The notes below the pieces were generated by a model. That model did not search any database and was not told where the DNA came from. It worked only from the letters and a program-made list of their open reading frames with translations. Of a stretch of DNA of 64,000 nt, positions 1-15,639 are shown piece after piece (the stretch's first letter is position 1; each line of letters starts with the position of its first letter). A program made the position numbers and the translations under genes. The DNA is from Octopus vulgaris. Taxonomy: Eukaryota. The stretch spans positions 23,126,001-23,190,000 of the forward strand of contig OX597828.1 in assembly GCA_951406725.2 (NCBI GenBank). The letters are read 5' to 3'.

Positions 1-417
1 AACATATATAGAAAATGACGTACATAGATGCATTCCTTCCTACGACGATCTAACCACATATCTGTCGAAACTGAATTACTAGAGGACGGAAGCAATTATA
101 CGGATTAGCTCATTACTTAATTTCCCTAATTAACGTTCCATTAACTGCAGGATGCCAGTTTCTGTTACAAATCATGAAGATCTTACCAAAATCCTCAAGA
201 ATATTGCCAAAAATAACATACTTCCTATCAAAATACAAACCAATCCGGATACAAACATGTAACAAGAATTTACTGAGGCAAGATGCAACACAGACAAAAT
301 ACTGAAAAGAAGCAGGAAGTGGGGGGAGATGCAGGTGGGACAGAAATTTGAAAAGATAGACAGAGTGAAGTAGAGATAGACAAGGGGGAGATTACTGGAT
401 TACAAGACATCGTCTAA

Positions 418-430
418 GATATATAGACAT

Positions 431-473
<43 letters not shown>

Positions 474-700
474 CATATATATATACATATATATATATAT
501 ACATGTATATATATATATATATATATAGAAATATATATATATATACATGTATATATACATATATATATATAAATATATATACATATATATATATATGTGT
601 GTGTGTGTTTGTGTGTATGTGTGTATGTCAGTATGCATGTATATATATATATATATGTAAGTGTATATGTATATATGCGGACATAGATAAATATATATGC
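418..700. repeat. Compound (AT)n/(GT)n microsatellite
   Basis: Seen directly. Representative of dozens of similar tracts across the window. Confidence 0.95.
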
Positions 701-1611
701 GTGAGGGATGGAGTGAGCGTGTGTACGCGAAACTAAATTTTAATTTACTAGTTAGTCTTTGTAAAAAGGCACAAACAACTACACAAACACGCGCACACAC
801 ATACACACACACGTACACGAATACAACCGTACACACACAGACGATACATACACACGTGCATATGGTGATTTGTTAGTTTTAATAGCATCATAATTATCTC
901 TGTTAATTTGGATTCTTTGTCATCCTTCATCCCATAATGCTTAATTGTAGCAACACATGTTATCAACGAATTCTCAGTGCTGCAAAAGTCTTTCTTAGTG
1001 AAAGAGATAGAGAGTTTATGCTGTTAGTGTTGTTGTTGTTGTTGTTTTTGTGCGCAACATTCAGCTGAGATCTAGCATCAGAATTACCCACTCCTTTTCC
1101 GCTCTCCTGTGTATATATATATTATCAGCATTTTTTCACACACAAATATTATTGAAAGACGTCAGTGAATGAATGAATGAAATGATTGAAGAAATGTAAG
1201 AAGGAGAAGAAAAAGAAGAAGAAGAAGACGAAGAAGAGGGAAATTAAAATTCAGTCAAAAAGCGAGAAAAGTAATTATCAAAAAGAAACAAACACAATTG
1301 GTGAACGATATTTTCAAAAGCAATTTTAATAACGCTAATACCGTTAATGGGAAATCATTGTTTCCAAACAACTTTTAATTACGGTTATACGTGTGTATAC
1401 ATACATCACGCATACAAACATACATACAAAATATACATACATAAATCATACATACAGACAAAAAAACACACACATACAAACATGCATACATACATATTTA
1501 TAACTGTATATATGAATGTATGTATGTACGTATGCCTAAATATCTAATGATGTGTTGGGTACAATTATATATACGACAATATATAAATGTATATATATAT
1601 ATATATACACA

Positions 1612-1664
<53 letters not shown>

Positions 1665-1678
1665 GATACACATACACT

Positions 1679-1740
<62 letters not shown>

Positions 1741-2325
1741 CATATATATATAATATATATATTAGTTTAGTATATTATATTATATGAGTGCTGTGTTTTA
1801 TATTGGTGTGTGTTTTGTATTGATTTAGTGACAGAACAAAACTTTTCTTTGTGAGTCACTCTTGTTGTGTGCCTTTTCAATGAATTATCTGCAAGACGAG
1901 CAGTAATTTTACATCTGACCTAAGACAGTAGCTAATTAGTTTTGGGCTAAGTTTGTCTTTTTTTTCTTTCTGCTGACTTGTATCTCTTCGCAAAACGTTT
2001 TCCTACGGCTAAATAAGAGAATATTTCTCTCCACGCCACAGCTTAAACAAAAATTGCAGCCCTCGCCACACACATACTAAATAAAACAGAATCAACAAGA
2101 AATAAAAAAAAAAGACATAAAGAAGGAGAATAGCCGAAGGAAAAGTTATATAGTATAGAACGATCGTCAGAAAAGATGAAGGCAAGAAACTAAGGAAGCA
2201 ATGAATAAAAGAAAAATTAACGCAATGATGTTTTTCAATACAGCATTCCTTATCTGCTTGGCAGTAAGTGATCTACGCTTTAGCTTAACGACGTGAGTAT
2301 ATATCAAAACAATTTGTTGAATATG

Positions 2326-2376
<51 letters not shown>

Positions 2377-3176
2377 AGTATATATTATGTACGTATTTGT
2401 GTGTGCATACCTATATGTATATGTTCATATACACACATATATATATATAATATATAATATATATATATATAAGTCGACATCTATATCAACAACACCATAT
2501 GGATAGAGTGAAGCGCCATCATAAAGAAAGTCCTTTTCGGAGGTCGCATCTTTTTCGCGCCAATAGAGAATGGACGCTTTTGTGTTGCAATTGAGTTTTA
2601 ATTTCTGATAGTGGCTACTACAATACACAATATAGACAAGTATTTATTCAACCATATTTCTACTTTACTACCAGCAGAACCGAGATAGGAGCCAGTATAA
2701 AGAAGCCATTTTCTTATCATTGTTAATTGTTTGTTGGCTTAATATACGATATCTTGAGTGTTTTCTAAGATACCGTCTTTGACATCATAGCAAAGAGAGA
2801 AAAATACGCGCCATATTAGTTTGCTTCTGTAGTTAATACGGAAAAATCTTGTCTTCTGTTTCAATGTGTGTTATGACATCCTCTAGTATTTTAGATTAAC
2901 AACTTGAGGATGCTTAATGTTAATTATATAAACATATACTTATTTTGTATATAAGCATTCCTCACACACAAACACACAGACACATATACACACCCATACA
3001 CGCATAACATACAGATACACAAGCATGAATAAATATATATAAGCGTGTGCATATGTGTATGTGTAGATGTATAACATATTAATATATATGCATGCATGCA
3101 TACAATATATATAGGTATTTATACATAAATACATACATCTATATTATATAATCAAACACATGTGCATGTATATATA

Positions 3177-3248
<72 letters not shown>

Positions 3249-4119
3249 CACACACAAATATATATATATACGCACATATTTTTGTCTGCGTATATGATAA
3301 TAGCCTTCCCGTATATTATAACATAATAACATGTTTCTCTGACTATATAGATATACACGAGTGTTTGTATACCTCTGTGTGTATGTATGCGTGTCTATAT
3401 GTATACTTGTGTGTGTGTGTATAGGAGTCATTCCTTTCCATCTTTGTTGAATGAGTTCTCTACCCATCCGACCATATGATGCCATTTACGCATAAGTTAT
3501 ATAAGTTGCGTCTTTAAGTATCAGGAAAAACATCTACCCGTGCGATAATCCTTAGAGAGAACAAGTATCTCATTGTGATTAATATATATATGTTAGGCCG
3601 CAAAATGCAGTAACATCCCTCATATTTTCTGCATCAAATTTTCGATCAACATACCCGTAGACATGATGCTCTGGTCCTATCGATTTTTTTTTAGAAAACT
3701 TTCGCCAAACCAGCCACACAAAAAATAGATATGCATAAAATAAAACGGCCACTCACTGCCGAGTAAAGTTTAATGCGAGTATGTTAATATGAGGGTTTAC
3801 AAAAAATTGTTTATTGATTGTAAGTGTCCACGTGCAAACACAAACACTCACTCAACCCTGCACACATTGTACCTGTGAAACATGTACGTGATGTGAGATA
3901 GAAGGGCATGTTCATTACCATCACGTTGCCAGCACCTCCTCCAGTAGCAACGAACCCGTGAAAAAGAGTGATCTTCACTCAGGACACGATGTACCGGAGA
4001 CTTTGCCTCATGTATAATGCATGACGCTGTCTTAGATCTGTGCAATGTATACATGCATATATATATATATATATAAATATATAAATATATATATATTTAT
4101 CCATCCGTATATACATACA

Positions 4120-4153
<34 letters not shown>

Positions 4154-6077
4154 CATGCAAATTGTATATGGCTAGATGTGCATGTATTTTGCTTCTTTTT
4201 CGTGTTCTCTGAAATGTCTCATACATTTGTTTGGATACCTCTAGTTAACCTATAGATTTTTGGATACTTATAGTTATCCTATAGTTAGAAAACAAGTTAG
4301 AGAACCGTTCGTGATCTCATCTAAACAAAGAGAACAAAAATACCATAAACCCATTATTTGGAAATAATGGAAAATGATAATAATATTAATAATAGTAATA
4401 ATTCACTTGGGCGAACTTAACGTGAGCGTTGACACCCATAATTTTTGACGTTGGCCTGAAATAATTACGTTGTCACGATAGGCGATGGCTTAGATTGGTC
4501 CTTAGACGCGACAGTGTTAAGATGTGAAAGAATTTGTTGACATGTGAAGGAAGAGAAAATAATAAACCAAACAGAAATTGCTAAAAATTACTCCCGAAAT
4601 TTTTCTTTTGCTCTTTTTAATATTTTATCTCCATCAGTCTTTTCCTGGTTTTGGCACAAATATTAATATAGTGTGTTATTGGATATACATTTCGAGGTAT
4701 TACATTAGCTGGAGACATAAGAACTCAGGAAAATCTTGAGTTGATGTTAGTGATTATATTTATTTCTGTAGTATTGTAACCCATTCACAAGAAGTTCATA
4801 CCGTTGTCTTTAAAATTTATTTTCTTTAAGTGCAATAATCTTCCAGAAATATATTATCTCCATTAGGAGCGACATTTTCCCTTTCTCGACACAAGGTGGT
4901 ATTTTTACTAACTAACTTAAGAGTAAAGGGACTTAATTAGCGAGGGTGTGTTTAGAAGATTAGAGTGACACCCTGTATTTAACTTGACATAGAAACAATT
5001 AAAAAAAAAACAATAAACCTGAATCCGATTTGGAATCAAAGCGAGAACACAGCGTAAAGAAATGTAGTACAAACGTATTACATTACAGTATTTTGTGTTC
5101 TCAGTTCGAGCTACCTCAACTCTCACTCCACAGATCCTTGTGTTACGGTTTTAATGACAATCTTATCAGACAAAAACAGAATGGAAAAATCCGTTTCACT
5201 TGGAAGTATAAGAGTCTCTTTTCTATATATCTCTCTCTCATACTCTCCAAATAAAAAGCAAAAGATTAAGACAGTTCTCTGAGCGTATTAACACAAAAAT
5301 TAACCTAAAGATAAACTACTTTGAAAAAGGGATTATCAAGCAATATCTGTCAAGAATTAACACCAAACACATCAATTTACAACACAGACATAATTAGTTT
5401 TCAATTAGTAAAAATTAGTGTTACCGTATTTAATGCTACCAGCGTTAATATTATGCGATGAAGCGAAAATAAATATTAGGCATTTGTTAATATTTTTTCA
5501 GTGAATAAACACGAGTAATGAGATCGGATAAGTTTCTTTTTCATCGGGATCTCCTAAATGAAGTATAACCTTCACTGATATCATGTAAGCAGTGTTAGGG
5601 GAGTTGCAAATTAAATTTACAGAAATCGGAACTGGTTGCATCGGAATGGCTTAAATTATTTAACTTATTGAATAATTTATTTCATGAATATTTATTTCTG
5701 ATAGATATGTAAATTTAAATGCAAAAATCCCCACCTGCATTTGTTAGAATTTCTATCATTTGTTCACTCTTCATATTAATCTTAAAACTCATTCACTATC
5801 TCATTCACTATTTTATCCCTTTGTAAATTTCTTCGTTTCTGACTTACAATTTCTTTTTATCTTCTATCTTATTCTCGCTTTCTCTCTCTTACTATCCCTC
5901 ACTTTTTCCTCCTGTGTCTCGCTATGTCTGTCTCTTTGTCCCTCTGACTCTCTCTCTCTCTCTCTTTCATTCTTTCTCACAATCTCTCCCATGTTGACCA
6001 ATTGTCCGTCTATTACAGCCTTCTTTCCTTTTGTGTTATTTTACACACACACACACACATATACACACACAAACAAA

Positions 6078-6133
<56 letters not shown>

Positions 6134-6137
<4 letters not shown>

Positions 6138-6334
6138 TTTCAGTAATTTGACTTCGGCCATGCTGATCATCGATTTTAGTCGAGCAAATTGACCCCAGGA
6201 CTTATTCTATGTAAGCCTAGTACTTATTCTATCGGTCTCTTTTGCCGAACGGCTAAGTTACGGGGACGTAAACTCACCACCATCGCTTGTCAAGCGATGT
6301 TATGGGGACAAACACAGACACACAAACATATACG

Positions 6335-6372
<38 letters not shown>

Positions 6373-6502
6373 CATAAATACGGCGGGCTTCTTTCAGTTT
6401 CCGTCTACTAAATCCACTCACAAGGCTTTGGTCGGTCCGAAGTTATAGTAGAAGACACTTGCCCAAGCTGCCACGTAGTAGGAATGAACCCGGAACCATG
6501 TG
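6134..6502 (-). mobile_element. SINE family A, 5'-truncated
   Basis: Reverse complement matches the family A body and tail. Confidence 0.9.
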
Positions 6503-7018
6503 ATCTAAATTACTCACTAGGCTCGACGTTGATTAACTTTGGTTAACTTTGGCATAATTATATACATATGTATATGTCTGTGTGTTTGTGGCTGTGTGTT
6601 TGAGTGTGTGGGTATGTGTATGTGTGCATATGCTCTAAACTTTCTTGGGAATATCACAAAAGTTCTTCTCAATAATCTGGTACTACATTCTGCACAAGAA
6701 TTGTAGTCTTTAAAACACCATTAAAATAGCTTTTGGTAAATGTTTAAAGAACTGCTTCCAAATATTGCGGCGTAGAAAATCGGATTATTTATTTTGTAGC
6801 ATACAGCAGTTCCGTCGAGTATCTCAATTCTTTGTCGTTGACTGGTGTAGCAAGGAATGCGGTGATTCAAGAGTTCGGTTCGGGGGAGGGAGGAAGCGGC
6901 GCCGCATTTAATATGACGCCTGAATAGATTTATGTTTAACGAAACATTGTTTCCATACACTTTTGATTTCCGGTGAAACTAATTGAATATAGCCAATAAT
7001 ACGACGAATAGTAAAAGT

Positions 7019-7100
<82 letters not shown>

Positions 7101-7328
7101 GTGTGTGTGTGTGTGTGTGTATAGACACACATATGTGCGTGTGTCTGTGATTGTCTCTCAGTCTGTCTGTTTGTCTCCTTGTCTCTCTGACATTTCTCTT
7201 ATTTCTTTCAGACAGTAATACATAAGAATGAAAGTAAAGTTAGTGAACAAAATGAAATTTATATAACTATGTAAAAAAGTATTTGTAAATACGTGTATAC
7301 TTCCTATCACTTATATATATGTATATAA

Positions 7329-7402
<74 letters not shown>

Positions 7403-7586
7403 TTCTCAGTTTAGAATCAGATATTCTCCGTATAGAATACACTTAGTAGTGCTCAATAGATATAAACTTGATGAGGTCAGGTATAAAAATTAATTTAAGC
7501 ATAAGCAAGGTAGACGTGTCAATATGTAGCATATATAATTATATATTATACATTGATCTAACTTGCTACTATATACATTTATTTCT

Positions 7587-7623
<37 letters not shown>

Positions 7624-8394
7624 CACATATACATATATATATATATATGTATGTATATATGTGCGTGTGTCCGTGTGTGTACTGTGTGTATTTATATATG
7701 TATATATTGTATATAACTATGTATCTATCCGTATATAAATATACATACATATATGTGTGTGTGTGTTTGTGTGAAGAGAGACGAAGAGACAGAAAGTGTA
7801 TGAGTGAAAAAGCAAGGGATAGGGCGATAGATTTATACACACCCAGCCTGATAGATAAAGATATTTAGTAGTTGAGTATGCATGTACAGCCTTATCTATA
7901 AGTGCTTAAATCTATACATGAATATATGTGTCCATATATACATTCATTTATGTAGGTATGTATTCTTTTCTCGATATTCAACATATCTCCCGCTTTTCTG
8001 TTCAAGAGAGGAAGAAGAAAAATAAATCAGACGAGAAAATAATTAAAATATAAAGTATTAAAAACAAATCAAATAATCATGCCGGATCAAAACACGTCCG
8101 TAGCCTACAAGATTTTAAATGAAGCTCGGTGATATCAATAAAGTCACTGGGATCTTTCCTTATTACGTTTTTCCGTTGTTTCAATCTAATAAACTCCCTT
8201 CAAGACTGAATAATAAAAATAGTAAAAAGTATGCGTACGCAAATGGACACACACACACACACACACACATACACACATACCCAAGTATTTGTTAGAATGT
8301 ATGGATGAATGTATGTGAATATCTAGATAGTATACAAACACACATATATATATATAGAGAGAGAGAGATAGAGAGAGGGGGAGGAGAGAGATAC

Positions 8395-8412
8395 ATAGAT
8401 GATAGATAGAGT

Positions 8413-8480
<68 letters not shown>

Positions 8481-8587
8481 CTACATACATACATACATAC
8501 ATATATGCATACATATATATCGATAGATGAATAGAGAGATTGATAGATATATTGACAGACAGACAGACAGACACCAGACAAACAGTG

Positions 8588-8642
<55 letters not shown>

Positions 8643-8653
8643 TACATACATAT

Positions 8654-8721
<68 letters not shown>

Positions 8722-8730
8722 ATAGATAGA
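8395..8730. repeat. (AGAT)n / (AT)n / (AGAT)n compound microsatellite
   Basis: Seen directly. Confidence 0.95.
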
Positions 8731-9079
8731 CCACATGTCATTCATTCTCCATCAAGCGGTCTCTCTATGCTTGCCTATGCCAGCCATTTTCTCTTCCATA
8801 CTGTAATGCAAATCTTATTCACCAGGCCATACATACATTGCATGCTAGCTTATACATGAAGGATTTTACGCCAAATACCTTAACTCGGGGAAAGTCGGCG
8901 GAAGTGGTCACATGTTGGAGAAACACCAATCGATGTATTTGTACATACACCCAAATACGCACACACATCTATATAAAAGCAACTGTTTATGGGCCCTAGA
9001 ATATAGGCATGCTTATGCATATGTGTATAGGTTTATATATATAAACATATAAACATACATATAAACATAATATATATAT

Positions 9080-9111
<32 letters not shown>

Positions 9112-9323
9112 AACATATAAACATGATATATATATATATATATATATATATAAACAATATATATGCATGTACGTATATAATATACATATATGCATATATG
9201 TATATACAAACATATATACACACACGACTCTTTACAAGCATCTAGCTATAAATAAATATGACATACATATATATAAATATATATATGCATGTATATATAT
9301 GTATATACACAAATCTATATAAC

Positions 9324-9365
<42 letters not shown>

Positions 9366-11275
9366 GTTATATATATATATATATATATATATACGAATAT
9401 GTGTGTATACGTGTATATATATGTGCATTTGCGTATATCGATACACGCACTGATATGAATGTGCCTTTATGTGCATATGTATGTTTGTACATGGATTTGA
9501 GCATGTGTATTTGCAAGTATATGTGCATATATCTGTGTACGTTAATGTTTTTTTATGTCAGTGTGCGTGTGTTTACGACGAGATGGGGTATGTATATATG
9601 CGCGCGTATAAATATGCTTCAATGAATGACACAGAACAACCTAGTCTTGACCGTGTATAATACCATGCGAAGAACGACAAGGCGGATATACGTTTAACGG
9701 CCTGCTGCTTTGAATAAACACACGCCTGTTGAGCGATATATTCGGCTCAGTAGACAGAATTGCCAAGAATTGGAATTGGTAACGCAAAGAAGCCAGAGAA
9801 CAGTTCAGTTGATAGTTCCATTCGTTCTTTATTGAAATATATTTAGAATCTCAATTTGAGAAAAGGAGGAAAGACAAGAGAGAGAGAGAGAGAGGACCTG
9901 CAAGTCTATGTATGTATGTATGTATGTATGTATGTATGTATGTATGTATGTATGTATGTATGCACGTATGTACGTATGTATGTATGTATGCATGTATGTA
10001 TACATGTATGTACACGTTCGTACGTAAGTGTGTACGTAGACTAGATAGATAAATAGATATGCATGTGAGTATATATATATATATATATATATAATGCATA
10101 TGCATATATATCTATATATGTGTGTGTACATATATATCTATATATATATATATGCATCATATATATATATATATATATATACATATATATATGCACACAT
10201 ATCCATAGTATATATACATATATATACTTATATATATAACTGTATATATGCATGTATGTATAAATGTATATCTATATATGTGTATATATTCAGACACAAA
10301 TGTATTGTTATGCACATGTATGGACTCACACATACACTCACTCACTTGCAGATACATACACACACACACATATATATATATTTATACATATATATATGTA
10401 TGTATATGTGCTTGTATGTATAAATGTATATTGATATATGTGTATATATTCAGATACATGTGTATTATTATGCACATGTATTCATGCACACACACGTAAA
10501 ATTACATGCATACATACACACACACACACATACACACACACACATATATATACACCAGCGAAACAACCCAAAAATTTAATGTGTAAATCGGATTCTTTAA
10601 TTTCAGACAATATGTATCTCCACAGTAAAAATAATTGCCGAGGAGAAATAATAAGCTTCTGCAAATACAATTATAGGGCAATTTAACACCAGAGATCGTT
10701 TCCACCGTCTTCCATACTTTCTTTAATTGTAGGGCAAGAAATTATATGACGACATAAAATAACGCGAGTTATTAAAATAAAGACTCGCTAACTACATGGA
10801 GAGCAAAGATGAAACGAGTTGCGCTTGTCGTAGATTCATGCATTCCGATGTTCACCTCTAAAAACCGCTTAGGTTTGTGTAGCTCTATGTATGTGTAAAT
10901 ATGCTGAACCGTGTGTATATCGAATATGTATGCTGTATGTGTGTGTGTTTTATTCTGTTGAGTATGAATATCAGTGATATTTTCTTTCTATATCATTTGA
11001 TGAATCATTGGAAAAGGGACCATGCTGGGGCAACAGCTAATAGGGTCTTAGTTAATTAAATGAATCATATGACTTCTTCTTTCTCTCTTGTTTCCGGTTC
11101 TGGTATTTACTTGTTCCATCTTTCTAAGATGTTGAACCGCTACGTTACAGCTACGTGATTTTTCCGAAGTTGATTTTTAAATGATGCAGACGGGACGAGT
11201 ACATTCAACAAGATAGTATATCCATCTATCCATCTGTGTGTGTGTGTGAGTGAGAGAGAGAGAGAGAGAGAGAGA

Positions 11276-11360
<85 letters not shown>

Positions 11361-11802
11361 GTGTTTGGACTAATGGGTATATGTCAATTAGTGTGTCGAT
11401 GTGTTGAGTAAAGCAATAGCAGGTTTTGAATAAACACAATACATGTTTTTTTTTTATGTGCTACTACTAGTTTCATGTGCCGAGAACATGTCCAAACATT
11501 TTTTTGTATCCCGTCTGTCATCTCGGCACAAGGCATAACTAGCCTATGCCTAATGACTGTGGGCTGTGTGTATATGTATATTTTTAATGTATTCGGTTCC
11601 TCTGTGTGGCGGTAGTCTAATAACTGAAACAAGTAAAATATTAAAGCTATCTATGTTATATATTTGTATATAATTTCATTTGTGAATGTATTTACTCGTG
11701 TATATATTATGTAGCAAGGAACGAAGTGAATTGTCTCAGTGATATTCGTCGTATGCTCTTGGTATATATAAATATATATACCTCCCTTGACCGCTTTACG
11801 CT

Positions 11803-11906
11803 ATTTGACGTGCTGATGACGCATATTTAGGGGAAAACATCTGAAACAATTTTCCTCTTATTTCTAGACAATAAATAAAGGTCTTTTACTTTATAACACG
11901 TCAAAT
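11803..11906 (+). ncRNA. Degenerate type I hammerhead ribozyme, different family (long stem III)
   Basis: Perfect 10-bp stem I (ATTTGACGTG/CACGTCAAAT) abuts CTGATGA (11813-11819). Stem II region AGGGGAAAA/TTTTCCTCT. GACA at 11867 in place of GAAA. Stem III ATAAA..TAAA/TTTA..TTTAT. Spacing is exact but A14, U16.1 and the base of stem II are mutated. Confidence 0.6.
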
Positions 11907-11996
11907 GTCGAATACTTTGATTCTTGAGATTATCTCCCTTTCTCTAAGCAAACTCTTCAAAATTGCCGTTCGGGAACTCGAATATATCCTTTAGGC

Positions 11997-12250
11997 CAGT
12001 TGTTCAGAACCAGGCTCCATATGGCTGTTGTGGACTTATATATGATTTTGTTGCTAAAATACAAAGGCGATATGTGGTTGATATTTCCATAATACACAAA
12101 AATGTTTATATTTTATGCACTTCGTAATATTTAATTATAAAAATACAATATAGTAGGAAGTTTTTCATATACATCCAATTTCTAGGGGAGTCCAATAATC
12201 AAAATTGGAATCAAAGAATTCCATGAGTAGAACATGTTTGAGAATGAATG
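11997..12250. mobile_element. Decayed hAT-like MITE
   Basis: Ends cagttgttcagaacc / gtttgagaatgaatg resemble cagtggttctcaacc-type TIRs. Interior shares aatacacaaaa, acatc.aat and aatca.ag with 50041-50255. Confidence 0.4.
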
Positions 12251-12833
12251 CTATAGACACAAATAATATTCACAAATTAAGAATTTTCATTGTATAATTT
12301 TGATATACATGTATACGTCTTGATATCAAATACTGACTTATGTTTTAATTATGCAAACGTTTAACTCTATCATTTTTCTGTGTATACATACAAATCCTTA
12401 GATACACTTAGATACACACAGATGTACACCCACACAAACACACTCACATACACACAAACAGATGCGTACACATACATGATGAGATATATGATGTATCAAT
12501 TATGAGTGCGTCATCTCCTTCTTGTGTCACTATGATTAACAAGGGTAATCCGAAGCGTGCTTCTTGCTAATTGATAATAATTATTTTCGAAGAATTTTAT
12601 GTGAGATGGCTCCAGGCAGCTATTGAAACCTCGTCATCGACGTTATGACACAACAAAAAATATTACATCGTGATATTTCGCCCTGAAGACAAAAGTAAAT
12701 CTGTTATTCTTCTTTTGATTTGATTCCTCTGTTTTGTTTGTTTTGTTTTGCTTTTATGCAGACATCGTTTCCAGTAATGCATTGGGATAGACATCAACTC
12801 ATTATCGTAATCGTTATGGTCGTATATAAATAT

Positions 12834-13040
12834 GGTGAGTTGGTAAAATCTTTAGCACGACGGGCGAAATACTTAGTGCCATTTCGTCAATCTGTACGTA
12901 CTGTTTTGAAATTCCTCGAGATCTACTTGGCCTTTCATATTTAGGTATCAATAAGATTCATATCAGTCGAGCATTGTGGTCGAAGAAAGATATTATTCCC
13001 ATCCTCGAAAATTTCAGAGCTTGTGCCTATATTTGAAAGG
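12834..13040 (+). mobile_element. SINE family B monomer (diverged)
   Basis: ggtgagttggtaaaatctttagcacgacgggcgaaatacttag...cttgtgcctatatttgaa. Confidence 0.8.
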
Positions 13041-15450
13041 ACCATTGTTGCTATTTTCGTTGTTGTTTTGGCTGTTTTAATCACCGATTTGTCTTCATGT
13101 ATTATATAATTAATGAAGTATACTCCAACCTACTACAAACGTCGTTTTATTAGTTTTCCTCGGGGAGTGTTGTCATATGTGACGGTTGTCATATAAGGCG
13201 GTATTGTGTGTGTAATTTGACAAAAGATTGACCTCTCCCACCTTTTTTTTTAAGCTAGTTTCTCAATATATACATATCTGCTCTTTAGCAGTAGCGTCCT
13301 AAAACTATTTTGTGCGTCTTATAATAAGTATGTGCTTCACAGTAGATTTATTAACTATTGCAGAATTGTTTTTGCTACCGATATTTTGTTATTTTCTTGG
13401 TAATCTTAGGGCGCAAAGTAAAACGCTTGCTCTATTTCTTCTGCCGCAATATTCTGGATATAAATTCCGACATGAACGAGTGTTCCCTTTGTCCTTTCGG
13501 TACCCGACGAAATATAATACCAATGAAATGTCGGAGTCGATGCTAATAAACCAATCACGCCATCCCACAACATTGCTGCTCTTGTGCCCAAATTGTGACT
13601 GTGTTTTTTCATATCTGACAAACAGAAAGATTGATAGTGCACTGAAACAGATACGAGAAAGCATAGAGTATTTTTATAGTCTCTGACTTGAGACAAAATG
13701 AGAAAACTTTAAGCTATGTCGGTCTTCCGTTGAGTCATTCGATGGCATACAGGATTCTTCTAAATAGTTGACCGATTTAATCTCCAACTCAAGTTCATTT
13801 GCTGTCTATTGAAACTACTTTCAGGCATATTCTATCGTCCCAATTAAAGTAAATATGGATAAATCCACACAGGTCTATGGTTCAAGACACATATAAAATT
13901 GAGGAGTAGCATTATTGAAAATAACAGTTTTACTTAATTAAATATGCACAACCGTTATATTGATTTTTAAGAATAATGGGCGATTTGGATTTAACTGAAT
14001 GAATCAAGTGGGTGTGAGGATCTGTGATCATAGCTTCAGGTACCGTTCTGTGTCTTTAAACCTCATCTACAAAAGGATTGTCATAACATCTGTTTAGCTG
14101 TTTGACGGAATAGAGAGACTATAGGATTTTAGATAAAAAAGAAACCGAAAATCCGGACTGGAGGTCAATAACCTGAGAACTCCTCTTGTGTGAAAGCCAA
14201 GCATTAAAGTTGTTGGGGGCGCAATGCTGTTCAATAATTTAAGCTCCGATATTTTTTATATAAATGTAAAACTGTTTTGAAGACGAACATAATCATATTT
14301 ATAACTAATTCTTATCTAAAAGAACGGGATGACTATCACAGTATTGAAATGTTTTCGAGCAATATGATAGAATGCTGTTTATACGTGACTACGAAACTAA
14401 ATTCTTAACTACATGTCTACATTTTTCTGTAGGCTACACATATTTTCGTTTTAATTTCTATGAAATTCATCCCTTTTATAATTGAACTCGTATTCGTTCC
14501 CTGCATATTTATGATATTCAAGTGAATAAAACGTCTATAACAAGCAGTCAAAATCAGAACAACGTTGTTCTGTATTGAAGTTATCTTCAATAAAATATGG
14601 CTGCTTTTCTATTACTTATGCAAACATTCACGGCTGTGGAGTTGGTTATAATTCAAAATCTAAAATAGAAAATCTATGTTTTATTTTTAACCCAAAGCAA
14701 ACTCAAAGTCGGTTAAAGAAAATATAAACGTTCAAGGGATATTCGAAAATAGTCGAAGGTTTGCAAATATAATTGGCTGCTTTCAGGGCAGTCGACTTGG
14801 CAGAGATGGTTACCACAAATAAATAAAATAAATGAATATAAAAATGATGATGATGATGATGATGACGATGTGAAAACTTTCACTCCCTTATGTATTTACT
14901 TAATAAATAGTAGTTGTTGTATATATTATGTCACTTTTAATAAATGAGGCGTTATTGAATAACGGTCAGGTTCCTATTATTTACTCACGGTCTTTACTGT
15001 CTGAGTTCGAATTCCGACGAGGTTTGCTATGCCAGTCTTCTATTCTGCTCCGTAAAATAAAGTAGCAGTCCAACATAGGACGTTGACCAAATTCGTATTT
15101 TGTCTCTGATTATGGTAAGAAGGTATTAACGACCCAATTAATATCAGTATTGATAGTGTTATTGTTGTTGCCGTTATTTACGTTATTGCAGTTATATTTG
15201 TTGTTGTTGTTGCTGTTGTTGTTGTCAAGGTGATGGTGGTTACTACATTGGGCTAGCACTGAACTAACCAACTTATGGTTGGAAGCTATCCAACCGTGTT
15301 CCTTTTTTTTACGAATATATAGAACTACATCTTGTAATATGCTTGTATTTGACAACCACTGACTATAAAGAGATGTAGCTTTTAATTCTTTCAGATCGAT
15401 TAACTAAAAAATAAAGTCGTCTGCTTCCTTATGTACGACACACACGCACA

Positions 15451-15538
<88 letters not shown>

Positions 15539-15540
<2 letters not shown>

Positions 15541-15639
15541 CGACGGGCTTCTATCAGTTTCCGCCTACCAAATTCACTCGCAAGTCTTTGGTCGGCCTGC
15601 GGCTATAATAGGAGATACTTGTCCACGTTGCCACGCAGT
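15539..15639 (-). mobile_element. SINE family A fragment
   Basis: cgacgggcttctatcagtttccgcctaccaaattcactc matches 6380-6480. Confidence 0.8.

Noticed and set aside
3892-4017. Protein-looking frame CEIEGHVHYHHVASTSSSSNEPVKK...
   Set aside because: No start codon or credible acceptor; short.
13312-13696. Overlapping ORFs with faint transposase-like words (AMLWDGVIG, GIYIQ)
   Set aside because: No complete catalytic motif or TIR pair; cannot be assigned without a search.
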